In this document: piece by piece, positions 47,591 to 58,252 of the stretch
Layout of the letters: every line of letters starts with the position of its first letter
How positions within the stretch are numbered: the stretch's first letter is position 1
DNA from: an uncultured Verrucomicrobiae bacterium
GTDB taxonomy: Bacteria > Verrucomicrobiota > Verrucomicrobiia > Chthoniobacterales > JAFAMB01
NCBI GenBank assembly: GCA_963762565.1
Contig: CAVXLD010000003.1
Span: forward strand, 640,001-704,000
Direction of reading: 5' to 3'
Length of the DNA: 64,000 nt
Position numbers and translations under genes: made by a program
Notes under the pieces: model-generated
What the model was told of the DNA's origin: nothing
Seen by the model: only the letters and a program-made list of their open reading frames with translations
Database searches by the model: none

Positions 47591-48664
47591 ATGATCAGCA
47601 TGAGCTTGAAAATGCCCAGATGCCGCGCCGCGCTTCTTGTGACAGGTTCTGTGCTGTTGGGGTTGCCTGCTTCCTATTTGTTTGCTGCGGATGCTGGCGG
47701 CATTCCCAGGGGAGTCTTTAGCTTGGCTAGAGAGAGCGAGCCGGCTGATCCCGCCGTACTCCGCGATGCCGATGTCGATGGCATCAGTATTCGACAACCG
47801 TGGCGAGAGCTGGAAAAGTCGCCGGGGGTTTTTGACTGGAGCTATTTGGATTCCGAGGTAAGGCGGGCCGCGGATGCAGACAAGGTTGTGCTCTTGCGCA
47901 TTTTGTCGGAGGGACCAGGGACTCCATCGTGGATTTTTGAGAAAGGCGTGCAAACTCTTTCCTACGAAAACCAGAACCGTTTCCAGGAGGGCGGTTCCGG
48001 TAGGATTGCAGTGTATTGGGATCCTACCTATCTAGCGCAGAAAAAGGCGATGATTGCGGCGGTGGGGAAGCATTTCGCGGACAATTCTGCGGTCCGAGTA
48101 GTCGCGGCGATCTGCGCCAGTTCACACAGCGGGGATTGGGCGGTTCCGCACAGCCGAGTTGATGTTGCGAATTGGTATTCGATCGGATACACGCCGGAAA
48201 AACTGATCGACGTTTGCAAGGAAATCATCGACACCACGATGCAGAGTTTCCCAAAACAATGCGTTACGCTGGCGGTGGGGAGAAATGGGCGGCTCGACCC
48301 GAATCCGAACTATGTGGCACGCGCCGTGGTCCAATACGCACGGAAACGGTATCCTGGACGCTTCATCGTACAGAAAAATTCTCTGGCCGCAACGACTCCA
48401 CCGCCGGGATCCCCGAACCTAAAGCACTTTGAGCTTCTTTGGGAAAGCCGCCCAGACGTGGCCGGCCAGATGTTGTGGTTTTCTTACGGAGACCCGACTT
48501 GCCGCAACAACGGACGGCAAGCGCCGTGCGACCCGGAAGCGACCTTGCGGCGATCGATCGATATCGGTTTAGCCTACGGAATGAAATACATCGAAATTTA
48601 CCAAGCGGATGTACTTCACTTGCCTACGGTCATTCATTATACACATGACGCGCTCACAAAGTAG
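47591..48664 (+). CDS. Exported glycoside-hydrolase-like TIM barrel (GH42/GH-A-like)
   Basis: Signal peptide, WRELEKSPGVFDWSYLD, TPSWI, YWDPTY, YIEIY. Confidence 0.65.
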   Translation: MISMSLKMPRCRAALLVTGSVLLGLPASYLFAADAGGIPRGVFSLARESEPADPAVLRDADVDGISIRQPWRELEKSPGVFDWSYLDSEVRRAADADKVVLLRILSEGPGTPSWIFEKGVQTLSYENQNRFQEGGSGRIAVYWDPTYLAQKKAMIAAVGKHFADNSAVRVVAAICASSHSGDWAVPHSRVDVANWYSIGYTPEKLIDVCKEIIDTTMQSFPKQCVTLAVGRNGRLDPNPNYVARAVVQYARKRYPGRFIVQKNSLAATTPPPGSPNLKHFELLWESRPDVAGQMLWFSYGDPTCRNNGRQAPCDPEATLRRSIDIGLAYGMKYIEIYQADVLHLPTVIHYTHDALTK

Positions 48665-48721
48665 CTTGTGGAAGGCAGTAAAGATGTAGTAAGCCTTGGC
48701 CGCGTTTAGCCGTTCACTTTC

Positions 48722-49828
48722 ATGATTGATTCACAAGAAGTACGACACAACCTAGGTCGGCGATGGTTCGATATCGTTTTGGGTATACTCCTCACCTTGA
48801 TCGTTTTGGTAGCGGCCGCGGTGATGTTAAAATATTTGGTTTTTACCGATGCAACCAAGGCGCGACCGGTTGGCTTACCCATACCGGTACAAACACTTCC
48901 AGCAGCGGTTACCACGTTGCGAGAAGTGGTTGGCGCGAGCGGCACGATGGGTGAGAGCACCGATGCTTTCTTAACCAATCGGGTGGTTGCGAGAGTGTTG
49001 AGCGTCCCGGTCGACGTGGGCAATGTCGTCCAGAAAGGGGCGTTACTGGCGCAATTGGATGACACGTATTTCTTGTCGGCCGTAGAACACGCGCGGACCA
49101 ATCACGACCACACTAGTGCGCAGCTCCAACGAATGTTGGCCATGCAGGCGAAAGGGTACGCTTCCGCCGTAGAAGTAGAACAAGCCCGGACCGCAGACAC
49201 GGCTGCGCAAGAGGCCTTGGTTGAAGCCCAGTTCAATTTGACTACCACCAAAATCAGTAGCCCGGCTCCAGCGATTGTTCTGCAGCGTAACGTCAATCCT
49301 GGGGAGATAACCTCCGTCGGCAGCGCCGGCTTCAAACTTGGCATAATTGCTCCGATCTACATGGTGGCGCAGGTCTCAGAGGAAAAAATCGGGTCTGTCC
49401 ATTTGGGTATGGAAGGCGACGTGAGCACCGATGGTTTCCCCGGGGTCATCTTCAAAGGCAAAGTCGTAAAAGTCGACGGTGCGGTTAACGATACTACGAG
49501 GACGTTCGGGGTTTACATCAGCATCCCGAATGAAGATGTACGTCTGATTCCCGGTATAACTGGTTACGCCCGGCTGCAGAATGAGCATATGGGTTTGGCT
49601 GTGCCAAGCACGGCAGTGATCGACCCGGTGGGAGACAGAGCGACTGTCTTTGTGGTTAGTGATAATCAGGCCCATATCCGAAATGTTCGACGAGGTTTGA
49701 TGGCGGACGGAATGACCGAGATACTCGATGGGGTGGAGGAAGGCGAGAAGGTTGTCACGGTTGGTATGCAAGAGCTGCACGACAAGGACAAGGTCATCGT
49801 TAACCAGTCAGGTCCGTGGAATAAATGA
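48722..49828 (+). CDS. Periplasmic adaptor (membrane fusion protein)
   Basis: N-terminal TM, VDVGNVVQKGALLAQLD, KISSP, LIPG, VPSTAV, EILDGVEEGEKVV. Confidence 0.9.
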   Translation: MIDSQEVRHNLGRRWFDIVLGILLTLIVLVAAAVMLKYLVFTDATKARPVGLPIPVQTLPAAVTTLREVVGASGTMGESTDAFLTNRVVARVLSVPVDVGNVVQKGALLAQLDDTYFLSAVEHARTNHDHTSAQLQRMLAMQAKGYASAVEVEQARTADTAAQEALVEAQFNLTTTKISSPAPAIVLQRNVNPGEITSVGSAGFKLGIIAPIYMVAQVSEEKIGSVHLGMEGDVSTDGFPGVIFKGKVVKVDGAVNDTTRTFGVYISIPNEDVRLIPGITGYARLQNEHMGLAVPSTAVIDPVGDRATVFVVSDNQAHIRNVRRGLMADGMTEILDGVEEGEKVVTVGMQELHDKDKVIVNQSGPWNK

Positions 49829-51219
49829 AAATAGCCGTCCCGCTATTGCTGATGTTTTGGGTCTTGGTTTGCACTGCGAAACGGGGCGCAAGCGAGAGTG
49901 TGCATGGTGGGGTCCTCACCTTGCACGAATGCATCGCCGAATGCCTCAAGGAAAATCCGAAACTTCTGTCAGAACAGTATACCTTATCGGCCGACAAAGA
50001 GAATATCTGGAACGCCCGGTCGAATTATCTGCCTACTCTCACCGGTCACGCAAGTTTCGGGGGCTTGTCCGGCAGCCCGTCTGGCCCCTGGGCGCTTCTT
50101 GGGATCAACGATCCTGATGTTACTGGGATCGTCACCCGCGGTGCGTCGCGGCAATCAACAAGTCGGGGTCCTTACCGGATAAGCTGGGGATGGGTCGGCA
50201 CTGGGGAATTGAGGCTGGAATATCCGCTCTATGCGAACGGCAGTATCTTCGGATTGAACAATTTTCCGGCATTGGCGACAGCCAAAGCGAAGTTCGACAA
50301 ACAAAGCTGGGAGACTCGTCTAGCAGCCCAGGATGTCACCGCGAACTTGGTTAGTGTCTATTACAATACGACAGCCTATCTCGCGAAGGTGGATCTCGAC
50401 CAACAAACGGTAGACTATTCGAAGAAGCGGCTAGAGATCATTCAGGAAGAACTGAGGCTGAACCTGATTTTGCCGCAGCAGGTGGACGTCGCAAAGGAGC
50501 AATTAGAGGCCAACGAGCAGGCTCTGACGGCAAGCCAGGAGCGGGCTGCAGATAGCGAGCGCATGTTAGCCGAACTGATGCGACGGCCTACGACACAAAA
50601 GCTCCGGATCGATACTTCCGATCCCTTACTTCCGACGCTGCCTCCGGTCGAGAAGCTTCTCAGCCAGGTGAGCGAGAAGCATCCAGCGGTTGCGATTCAA
50701 CGAGCGACTATTGTGGAGGCGAAACAAACCTACCATCTGGCGGAGACCGCGCTCTATCCGTCGGTGCACTTTGAATCCACCTACGGTGGTGGAACGGGTT
50801 TCGGCGCGATCCCTTTGGACCAATTCTATGCCGGGATCGGCGTCGAAGTTCCGATATTTGATTTTGGCCATAAGCTTTCGGGTGAGCATGAAGCTTTGGA
50901 TCTGTTGAAGGCGGCTCAGGCGCAATTGGAACAAGTGCAGCTATCCTTGCGGGATGCAATCCTGACTGAAATCAGCACGATTCATACGACGGAAGCCAAC
51001 CTTGCGGATCTCGAGCGCAACTATGTTGAGGCTAAAACGCAAGTTGATCTCATTCAGTCCGAGCATGACCAGGGGATCGCGACCCAGCTCGCACTGGTTG
51101 ATGCGCAGCTGGGTTTATTAGAGGTCAAAGATCAACTGCTCCTGCTCCGGCTTGAGGAACGGGTGCAGTACGCGAATCTCCAGCGGTTGACCGGCGGGGT
51201 GTGGGTGTGGAACCGATGA
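49825..51219 (+). CDS. TolC-family outer membrane protein
   Basis: LTLHECIAECLKENP, YLPTL, LYPSV, VPIFDFG, LALVDAQ, LQRLTGG. Confidence 0.88.
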   Translation: MKIAVPLLLMFWVLVCTAKRGASESVHGGVLTLHECIAECLKENPKLLSEQYTLSADKENIWNARSNYLPTLTGHASFGGLSGSPSGPWALLGINDPDVTGIVTRGASRQSTSRGPYRISWGWVGTGELRLEYPLYANGSIFGLNNFPALATAKAKFDKQSWETRLAAQDVTANLVSVYYNTTAYLAKVDLDQQTVDYSKKRLEIIQEELRLNLILPQQVDVAKEQLEANEQALTASQERAADSERMLAELMRRPTTQKLRIDTSDPLLPTLPPVEKLLSQVSEKHPAVAIQRATIVEAKQTYHLAETALYPSVHFESTYGGGTGFGAIPLDQFYAGIGVEVPIFDFGHKLSGEHEALDLLKAAQAQLEQVQLSLRDAILTEISTIHTTEANLADLERNYVEAKTQVDLIQSEHDQGIATQLALVDAQLGLLEVKDQLLLLRLEERVQYANLQRLTGGVWVWNR

Positions 51220-52703
51220 AGCAATCACAACGCATCGTTAAGAATGTGTTGGCTGGCGGCTTCGCCGTCGGCGCCGGCGGTTTGCTGCAGTTAACGGCGG
51301 TCGTGCTCATCGCTCGTTCGGTGAGCGTAAACGATTTCGGGATCTATTCTTTTATTCTAGCCTTCGCGGTTTTCTTTCAGCTCTTAGCCGATACCGGTTT
51401 GAGCAACATTTTGATGCGCGAACTGGCTAAGACGCCGGAGAAGATGGCGGAGATTTTGGGAGCAGCGCTGTCGCTTATTTGGGTGTTATCGATCGCGGTT
51501 GAGCTCATTATCATCGCGATCGTTCCGTTTCTCCATTTTAGTTTGGAGATCAAACTGCTGACGGTGGCGATGGGAGCAGCTACGCTTTCGCTCTTCCACT
51601 GCGCCGGGTACGGATCCGCCTTGCGCTCACAAGAAGATAATGAAGTTCACGCACTCGGCTTCCTCGTCCACAAGATTGTCTTTTGCGGATTCATATTTAT
51701 CGGCTTGAAAATGGGTCTGGCGCTTGTGGGTATTGTGTTTGCGCACCTGATTCCGAATATCTTGCTCTGTTGTTACTATCGTTGGATGGTCGTGCGCCGG
51801 TACGCAGTGCCGAAAATGCGAATCGATCTGCCGATGTGGAAGTATTTGCTGACCAATTCCATTCCGGTGGGTGGAGCAACCATGGTGCGCCTCTTGGCCC
51901 AGCAAGTCGATGTAATGATTCTTTCCTGGCTTACCAATCTGCGCACCGTAGGGCTGTTTAGCGGTCCGTACCGGATATCGATGGCGTTGCGCTTCATTCC
52001 ACAGACTTTGGCGATTCCGCTCTATCCGATGTACTCCCGGCTAGCGGTTAATCCGGAAGCAAAACAGGCCTTACACAGTGCCTATGAACGGAGCGTTAAA
52101 TTTTTTGTGCTGGCAGGTTTTCCGGTAGCGACGCTCTTCCTGATTTTCTCGAGCAAATTAATCACCTTATTGCTTGGCGAGAAGTATCAGGTGGCTTTAC
52201 CTGCAATGCAGCTGTTAGGAGTGGCGTTTCTTCCCTTTTTCGTTTCCAGTCCTTTTCCGTTCCTTTTAACGGCATTGGACAAACAGCGATTCCTAATGGT
52301 TAGTTCGCTGTTGTCGCTCGGAATCCGGATCGGGCTGAATTTTTTGTTAATCCCTATGTTCGGCTATTTGGGGCCGTGCATTGCTTTTTTCGTCAGCGAA
52401 GCGGCCACTCTGATTATTTGGTGGAACAAGCTGAGCCAGCTGGGGTTTTCGATAGGATTTGCCAAGATTGTGTGGCGACCAACGCTGGCGAGTGCTTGTA
52501 TCGGCGCCGGCCTCTATTTCATCCAGGGCGCGGCCGTGATCTGGCTAATTCCGGCTACCTTGCTCGCGATGGTAGTTTACATACTCATTCTGCTTTTATT
52601 GGGTGTATTTACTCCGAGCGATCTGAGACTCGCCAAGGAAGGCTTGGGATTTGTTAAACCGTTTCTGGCAAAATGGACTGGCCAGGCCCCGGCCCTGAAA
52701 TGA
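51216..52703 (+). CDS. Wzx-like (MOP superfamily) flippase
   Basis: RIVKN, DFGIYS, DTGL, VDVMIL, VGLFS, LNFLLIPMFGYLG. Confidence 0.88.
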   Translation: MKQSQRIVKNVLAGGFAVGAGGLLQLTAVVLIARSVSVNDFGIYSFILAFAVFFQLLADTGLSNILMRELAKTPEKMAEILGAALSLIWVLSIAVELIIIAIVPFLHFSLEIKLLTVAMGAATLSLFHCAGYGSALRSQEDNEVHALGFLVHKIVFCGFIFIGLKMGLALVGIVFAHLIPNILLCCYYRWMVVRRYAVPKMRIDLPMWKYLLTNSIPVGGATMVRLLAQQVDVMILSWLTNLRTVGLFSGPYRISMALRFIPQTLAIPLYPMYSRLAVNPEAKQALHSAYERSVKFFVLAGFPVATLFLIFSSKLITLLLGEKYQVALPAMQLLGVAFLPFFVSSPFPFLLTALDKQRFLMVSSLLSLGIRIGLNFLLIPMFGYLGPCIAFFVSEAATLIIWWNKLSQLGFSIGFAKIVWRPTLASACIGAGLYFIQGAAVIWLIPATLLAMVVYILILLLLGVFTPSDLRLAKEGLGFVKPFLAKWTGQAPALK

Positions 52704-54088
52704 AGAAGGTAGTAGACTCGCTTATAGGGATCGGGTTGTGGTTCGCGCGGTTAGCGGAAAAAATCCTATTCTTTTTCTTACACAACTGGGCCTATTTTTT
52801 CGGCCTGGGCGCGGCTGGACTGGTACTAATCTCGCACTGGGTTGCGCTTACCATTACCGACCGGCTCAGCGGTCTACATGCGCCATTGCTCGGCTACGTA
52901 ACTGGCAAGCCAGGGAGTCCACTCCTTTCGTTTGGGGTGGCGGCGGCGGTCTTGATCCTGGCTGGAGCGGTGGCCTATTCGCGGAAGTACTGGCGGTGCT
53001 TTGCCATCGTAGCCGCCGGTTTGTTGTTGCTCTGTTTCGGCGGTCTTTTACAGCTTGCCTTCGGGGAAGCGGATTTGCTCAAAGAACTGGCCGATGAGGA
53101 GGCGCAGTTTGTCGGCATTCAACAATTTGAGAATCAGTTTCTGCCAACCAATTTTGGTAAAGAGGCGAGCAATGCGCAAGGACCGCAGCTATCCAATTCG
53201 ATTGTCACGGCTTGGGACAGATTGGTGACGGCCCGTTTCTTCATGGGGCGAGGCTGGTATCTGACGTTAACGGTGGGTATAGCGGCCTTCTTCTACGCAA
53301 AGAAACGATTAAAAACCAGACTGCAGCGGGCTTTACTAGTAAAGGTGACCCTGCTCGCCGCCATCGGGTTGGCGATTGGGTTTTCTTTACGACCGGTCAT
53401 TGCCCAGATCACCGTCGCGCGCGGGCAGGATGCAGAGGCCAAAGGTGAACTGGATCTGGCCATTTCCAGGTATCGGAGCGCTATGCGACTCGATAAATGG
53501 TTCGCTATCCACACCGATCTCTATCAGCGGATTGGCGCGATCGACTACAGTTTTGGCCGGAATGATACCGTCGAATACGGAATCTATTTTGCAGAGCTGC
53601 TGGTTTCGCAAAACAACTTTTCCGGAGCCGTCCAACAATTGGAAAGAATTCTTCCCAAAGCGCAACAGATCTCTCCGCAACTAGAGGAGTTGGTCAGAAC
53701 AACCGAAGCAGATATTTGGAATGCGTATGGCAAGGAGCTCTATCACCAGGGAGCCATTGGTGCGGCGGCGGCGTCGTGGGCCAATGCATTCGCTAAAGAC
53801 CAGGGGCAGTTTTTGGCTGCGTTCTGTCTTTCGCGAGCTTATTTCCAAACCGGGCGTTATCAGCAGTCAGTCACGTTGATTGAGAGTCTCATCAAACGAG
53901 TTCGCGATCCCGAGACGCGAGCGAATCTGGATTCGAATCTCGGGGATGCCTACATGCGGCTTAATGAGCGCGCTTTGGCAAAGCTTGCCTACCGGCATTC
54001 GTACCTAATCGACTATGTGTTGAATTGGCGCGGGCTTAGCGACTTGATCGGCGCCCAGAACGAGATCTCGTTGCAAGAGAATAATTAA
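52700..54088 (+). CDS. Membrane protein with C-terminal TPR-like repeats
   Basis: About 5 TM segments followed by helical repeats (LSRAYFQTGRYQQS, NLGDAYMRL). Confidence 0.7.
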   Translation: MKKVVDSLIGIGLWFARLAEKILFFFLHNWAYFFGLGAAGLVLISHWVALTITDRLSGLHAPLLGYVTGKPGSPLLSFGVAAAVLILAGAVAYSRKYWRCFAIVAAGLLLLCFGGLLQLAFGEADLLKELADEEAQFVGIQQFENQFLPTNFGKEASNAQGPQLSNSIVTAWDRLVTARFFMGRGWYLTLTVGIAAFFYAKKRLKTRLQRALLVKVTLLAAIGLAIGFSLRPVIAQITVARGQDAEAKGELDLAISRYRSAMRLDKWFAIHTDLYQRIGAIDYSFGRNDTVEYGIYFAELLVSQNNFSGAVQQLERILPKAQQISPQLEELVRTTEADIWNAYGKELYHQGAIGAAAASWANAFAKDQGQFLAAFCLSRAYFQTGRYQQSVTLIESLIKRVRDPETRANLDSNLGDAYMRLNERALAKLAYRHSYLIDYVLNWRGLSDLIGAQNEISLQENN

Positions 54089-54163
54089 TGAAAAGAAGTG
54101 AACAGCAATACCTTCGTGGGCCTGTAATCGAAGGTAAGTAATGCTAGTTGGATCGGACTAATA

Positions 54164-57100
54164 ATGTTTAAAGAGTCCAGATTTTCCAGATACATCAAAA
54201 CTCGGCAGGGCGGCTTTTCCTTGTTTTTGGTGATCGCTTGCGGGCTAATGCTAGCCTTTTTTTGCATTGTTACTTTCTATGATCTGCCTCAGAATCTTTA
54301 CCGGCTGAACTTCGGTAAAGCCAAATGGATCCAGGCAACGGTTCCGTCGCAACACAACTTTTTCCGCAAGACGCTTTACCTGCCGGCTGCCGTAGATCGG
54401 GCCTGGATTCAGGTCGCGGCCACCGACAACTACACGATTTACGTTAACAATCAGCAAGTTGGTACCCGCACTTTCTACAGTACGTGCGTCGCTCGGCTCT
54501 ACGATCTTAAGAAGGTATTAAAGCCGGGGAAGAACGTCATTGCTATCGAAGTTGATCGCTACTCTTTTCCCGGCTCCGGTCAACTGCTGGTGCGCGGCTT
54601 TTATGGTTTGGTGGGTTCACCCGTCCAGGAGTTCGTCTCAGATCCCACCGATCAGAGCTGGCGAGCATCGAGTACACCGGACGGAATTCTAAACGGTTAT
54701 GTCTGGAGCGCTGTCCTGCTGGATGATTCATTTTGGAAACTGGCGGAGATCGCTCCAGCTAGTGAACGTTTTCCTGTCATCGAGTCTGTGCCAATCGATC
54801 CAAAGCAGTACGAAAGGCGACCTACCGCCAAATGGATTGCGCCCCTGAATGGTTCACCACGGCAAGCATCGTTTAGTTATGAATGGCAGGCGCCAAACGA
54901 CCGCTTGGAGACATGGATTCAGATCGCCGCTACGGGGAACTATGATTTAATTGTTAACGGACGCCTGATTACCACCGAGATTGCAACTACCGGGACCGGT
55001 CCGGTACAGGTGGCGGTGGTCCAGCCGACGCTACTGGCTTATAATATTACCCGATGGATGCGCGACGGCACCAATTCGATCACAATCCGGGTTAGCTCCC
55101 AGACCCTACAACCGGCTTTGTTGTTGGTGGACGGTTACACGGTTCTAGGAACCGCGCGATTGCAACGCTTTGAAAGCGATGCGACCTGGAAGACCAGGCT
55201 GTTTAGCCCGGATGCGCAACCAGCTGTGGTGGTAGCTCAATACGGAGATCAGCCCTGGGGCACATTAGAGCAAACTATCGCTCTGCCGTCTGTCACCCCA
55301 GTTTACGATGTGCAAAAGGTCACCACCTGGGGGCCAGTGGCGGTCGGGGTTTTGGCGGCGACGCTAGTTTTGTGGATCCTGGCCTCCGTCTTGGTCGCGC
55401 CGCTGGTCCGACAGCCGGTGGAAAAGCTTTGGACCTGCGACGCGCTGTTCCATCTTTGCGTCCTGATTTTGATGCTTTTCCTTTGGCTGCTTACTTTCGA
55501 TGTTCGGTTTCAAAACAACTGGTGTTTTAAACCACGAATTGCAGAGGGGCTGATTTTTCTTTTAGCGGCCGGAAAGCTCTTGTTGTTGTTGCCTCGTAGT
55601 AAACCGCGTTCGGCGGAAGCAGAGACCGCGGCGGCGGCGCCCTCGCTCCGGCCTCCCCGAGCAAGCTGGGTACGGACCTATTGGAAGGCGCTAGTTCTCG
55701 TTTGTATTGTCCTGTTGGGCTTCTCTCTCCGCGTACGTCAACTTACGACCATGTCGCTCGATGTGGATGAATTCGGCGTGATCCAGTTCTCGCATGGAGT
55801 GCAAAAGAAGGGGTATCCGTTCATTCAACTCGGCAGTTTCGAGAAGGAGGTTACGACTTACGAGCTGGTCTCCTATTCGATCTCGGTGGCCAGGCAATTT
55901 CTCGGTGAAAGTGAATCAGCTTACCGAACCGCGGCTTTGATCTATTCAACGATCACTATTGCGCTCATTGGGATAGTCGGCATTCGGATGATGGGTTGGA
56001 GAGTCGGGTTAACGGCGTCGCTCATTTTCGCGACGTTCCCGACCGGAATATTTTGGGGTCATAACGCCTTTTGGCCCTCGCAGGAGCAGATGTTTTCGTT
56101 GGCCACATTTTGGTGCTTTTATGAAGGTATCAAAAATCGCGGTGCGCACTTGCGGGCCGGCTTTATTACCGCTGCCAGCGTCTGCTTTATTCTGGCCTAT
56201 CTGACCTGGGAGGGGTCCGGCTTTATCCTGCCAACTTTGTTCGCCTGTATATTCGCTATGCAGTGGGCCCGGTACGAATGGATGAAGAACTGGCACCTCT
56301 GGCGATGTTGCGTGGTTATGTCGTTTGCGGTTGGAATGCAGTTGGCCCATCGGCAGGTAGCCTCCTTGCCCGCCTACATGCAGACGGGCATCAGTTTATC
56401 AGACGTCACCACGCCAGTACCGGTGTGGTTCGACGTCACACACTACGACCCGCAGTACTACCTGAACTATTGTCTTTTTGCTGAGAACTACGTTTTAATG
56501 ACGTTGTTCGTGATCTTTGGGATCGCGTTTTGTTGGAAGGATCGCGCGCTGCGCTATTTATTCTTGTCGATTGTCTTAATGCTGATGTGGTACACGGAGT
56601 TTCTGCCGGCCTACGCCGTGCGGTATTCTTACGATTACCAGTCTCTGCTCATACTGGCTGCCGTTGGGATCATGTTTAAACTGTGCGACCGGATCGTTAG
56701 GCAGGGAGCGTCGGTTCTCCGGTGGGGTGCAGCTGCCGCTGTATTCACTATCTTTGTGTTAAGCACCAACGGGTTTATTCTTCATATTTACCGGCTTTCT
56801 CGTTCAGCCCCCACACCCTATTACGGTGAGCGCATGGGAATCTATCGAACCGACTATCGCGGGGCAGCGCAGTACGTGGTCCAGCATTTTGAACCGGGAG
56901 ATGGTCTTATCGTCGCTATTCCCCACATTTTTGAGTTCTACACCGGAATGAATGTGGACTACTCAATAAACACGATGCTGGACAAGAAAATCACTTATAG
57001 CGGCGCGTTGGAGATCCCGCATTTTCTGGACAAATTCCGAGGATACCCCTGTATTCGCAGTCTGGAAGAATTGGAGGACTTAAGGAGCCGGTTTAAGCGT

Positions 57101-57262
57101 CTTTGGATCGTGCAAGTACCGTTGGGACCGGCGGACAATCAGAATCCTCCTGTGATTCAATATCTCGCTCGAAACGCGAAAGTGGTGTATCTGAGTTACA
57201 AGGCCGAAGTTGACCTTCTGGTGGCGACTCCTAACGTGGCGCAGCAAATACAAACACAGTAG
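54164..57262 (+). CDS. GT-C (ArnT/PMT-like) glycosyltransferase with two N-terminal beta-sandwich domains
   Basis: Duplicated WIQxAATxNYxxxVN...YxxxxxxxxGxNxIxIxV domain, then SLDVDE motif and multiple TM segments. Confidence 0.72.
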   Translation: MFKESRFSRYIKTRQGGFSLFLVIACGLMLAFFCIVTFYDLPQNLYRLNFGKAKWIQATVPSQHNFFRKTLYLPAAVDRAWIQVAATDNYTIYVNNQQVGTRTFYSTCVARLYDLKKVLKPGKNVIAIEVDRYSFPGSGQLLVRGFYGLVGSPVQEFVSDPTDQSWRASSTPDGILNGYVWSAVLLDDSFWKLAEIAPASERFPVIESVPIDPKQYERRPTAKWIAPLNGSPRQASFSYEWQAPNDRLETWIQIAATGNYDLIVNGRLITTEIATTGTGPVQVAVVQPTLLAYNITRWMRDGTNSITIRVSSQTLQPALLLVDGYTVLGTARLQRFESDATWKTRLFSPDAQPAVVVAQYGDQPWGTLEQTIALPSVTPVYDVQKVTTWGPVAVGVLAATLVLWILASVLVAPLVRQPVEKLWTCDALFHLCVLILMLFLWLLTFDVRFQNNWCFKPRIAEGLIFLLAAGKLLLLLPRSKPRSAEAETAAAAPSLRPPRASWVRTYWKALVLVCIVLLGFSLRVRQLTTMSLDVDEFGVIQFSHGVQKKGYPFIQLGSFEKEVTTYELVSYSISVARQFLGESESAYRTAALIYSTITIALIGIVGIRMMGWRVGLTASLIFATFPTGIFWGHNAFWPSQEQMFSLATFWCFYEGIKNRGAHLRAGFITAASVCFILAYLTWEGSGFILPTLFACIFAMQWARYEWMKNWHLWRCCVVMSFAVGMQLAHRQVASLPAYMQTGISLSDVTTPVPVWFDVTHYDPQYYLNYCLFAENYVLMTLFVIFGIAFCWKDRALRYLFLSIVLMLMWYTEFLPAYAVRYSYDYQSLLILAAVGIMFKLCDRIVRQGASVLRWGAAAAVFTIFVLSTNGFILHIYRLSRSAPTPYYGERMGIYRTDYRGAAQYVVQHFEPGDGLIVAIPHIFEFYTGMNVDYSINTMLDKKITYSGALEIPHFLDKFRGYPCIRSLEELEDLRSRFKRLWIVQVPLGPADNQNPPVIQYLARNAKVVYLSYKAEVDLLVATPNVAQQIQTQ

Positions 57263-57312
57263 TTGCTTACAGCAAACAGAAAGACGATCACGGGTTAAAT
57301 CGGAAGGGGTCA

Positions 57313-58245
57313 ATGCATAATTCGGATTCGGAGAAGAACTCACCTCAGCAGCCGGCAGTTCTTTTTCTGCATATCCACAAGACGGCAGGAACTACTCTCA
57401 ACCGTATTATCGAACGCGAATACAATCCGTTCCTGGTGTATACGATAGAAGGTAAGCGAATCGACTGGTCCATTGATCACTTTAAGCGATTATCAGAAGC
57501 CAGAAGGGCCGGGTTGCGCGTGGTTAAGGGGCACATGAGTTTTGGCCTACATAAGTTCCTACCTCAACCTTCCACCTATATTACCTTTTTACGCGATCCG
57601 ATTGAGCGCTGTATTTCTTCCTACTCTTACTCGAAAGCGAACCGGTTTAATCCTTTTTATCGGCGGATTAACGAGGAGAACCTCGATTTGGCGCGGTTCC
57701 TTGAAATCGCTCCTTGGAACAACAATCTGCAATGCAAGACAATCGCGGGTATCGATCGACGCGAGTACCGGCCAGTAGCGCTTTTCCGCGAGATGACACG
57801 GTCCGGAGCGGCAGCGCCTGATCCCAGCGTGGATAGGTGCAGCAACGCGCAGACGCTGCAACGGGCGCGAGAAAACCTGTGCCGCTATTTTAGTTTTGTT
57901 GGGCTAACAGAACGTTTCACCCAGAGTCTGGTTTTGTTGAAACATCTCTTTGGCTGGAAACTATCGTCCTACTCAAGCTATAGAAAATCACGCAACCGGC
58001 CGAAACGAGAGAGTTTCGATCCCGCGCTGATTGCGATTGCGGAGGAGCGCAATCGATTCGACCGGGAGCTCTATGAATTTGGAATGGTGATGTTCAATGA
58101 TTTAGTGAATCGATTGGGAGTCGATTTGGAACAAGAGGCCGCTAGCTTCCAAACTGGCGGCGAAAGGAATCCATTGAGTGTGGCGGTTGAGACGGGATCG
58201 ATGGCGCTTCGGGCTGCCGCCAGCCGATTAGTCTCTTTGTTGTGA
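57313..58245 (+). CDS. PAPS-dependent sulfotransferase
   Basis: 5'-PSB LHIHKTAGTT, 3'-PB FLRDPIERCISSY, VGLTERF. Confidence 0.9.
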   Translation: MHNSDSEKNSPQQPAVLFLHIHKTAGTTLNRIIEREYNPFLVYTIEGKRIDWSIDHFKRLSEARRAGLRVVKGHMSFGLHKFLPQPSTYITFLRDPIERCISSYSYSKANRFNPFYRRINEENLDLARFLEIAPWNNNLQCKTIAGIDRREYRPVALFREMTRSGAAAPDPSVDRCSNAQTLQRARENLCRYFSFVGLTERFTQSLVLLKHLFGWKLSSYSSYRKSRNRPKRESFDPALIAIAEERNRFDRELYEFGMVMFNDLVNRLGVDLEQEAASFQTGGERNPLSVAVETGSMALRAAASRLVSLL

Positions 58246-58252
58246 GGCACTA

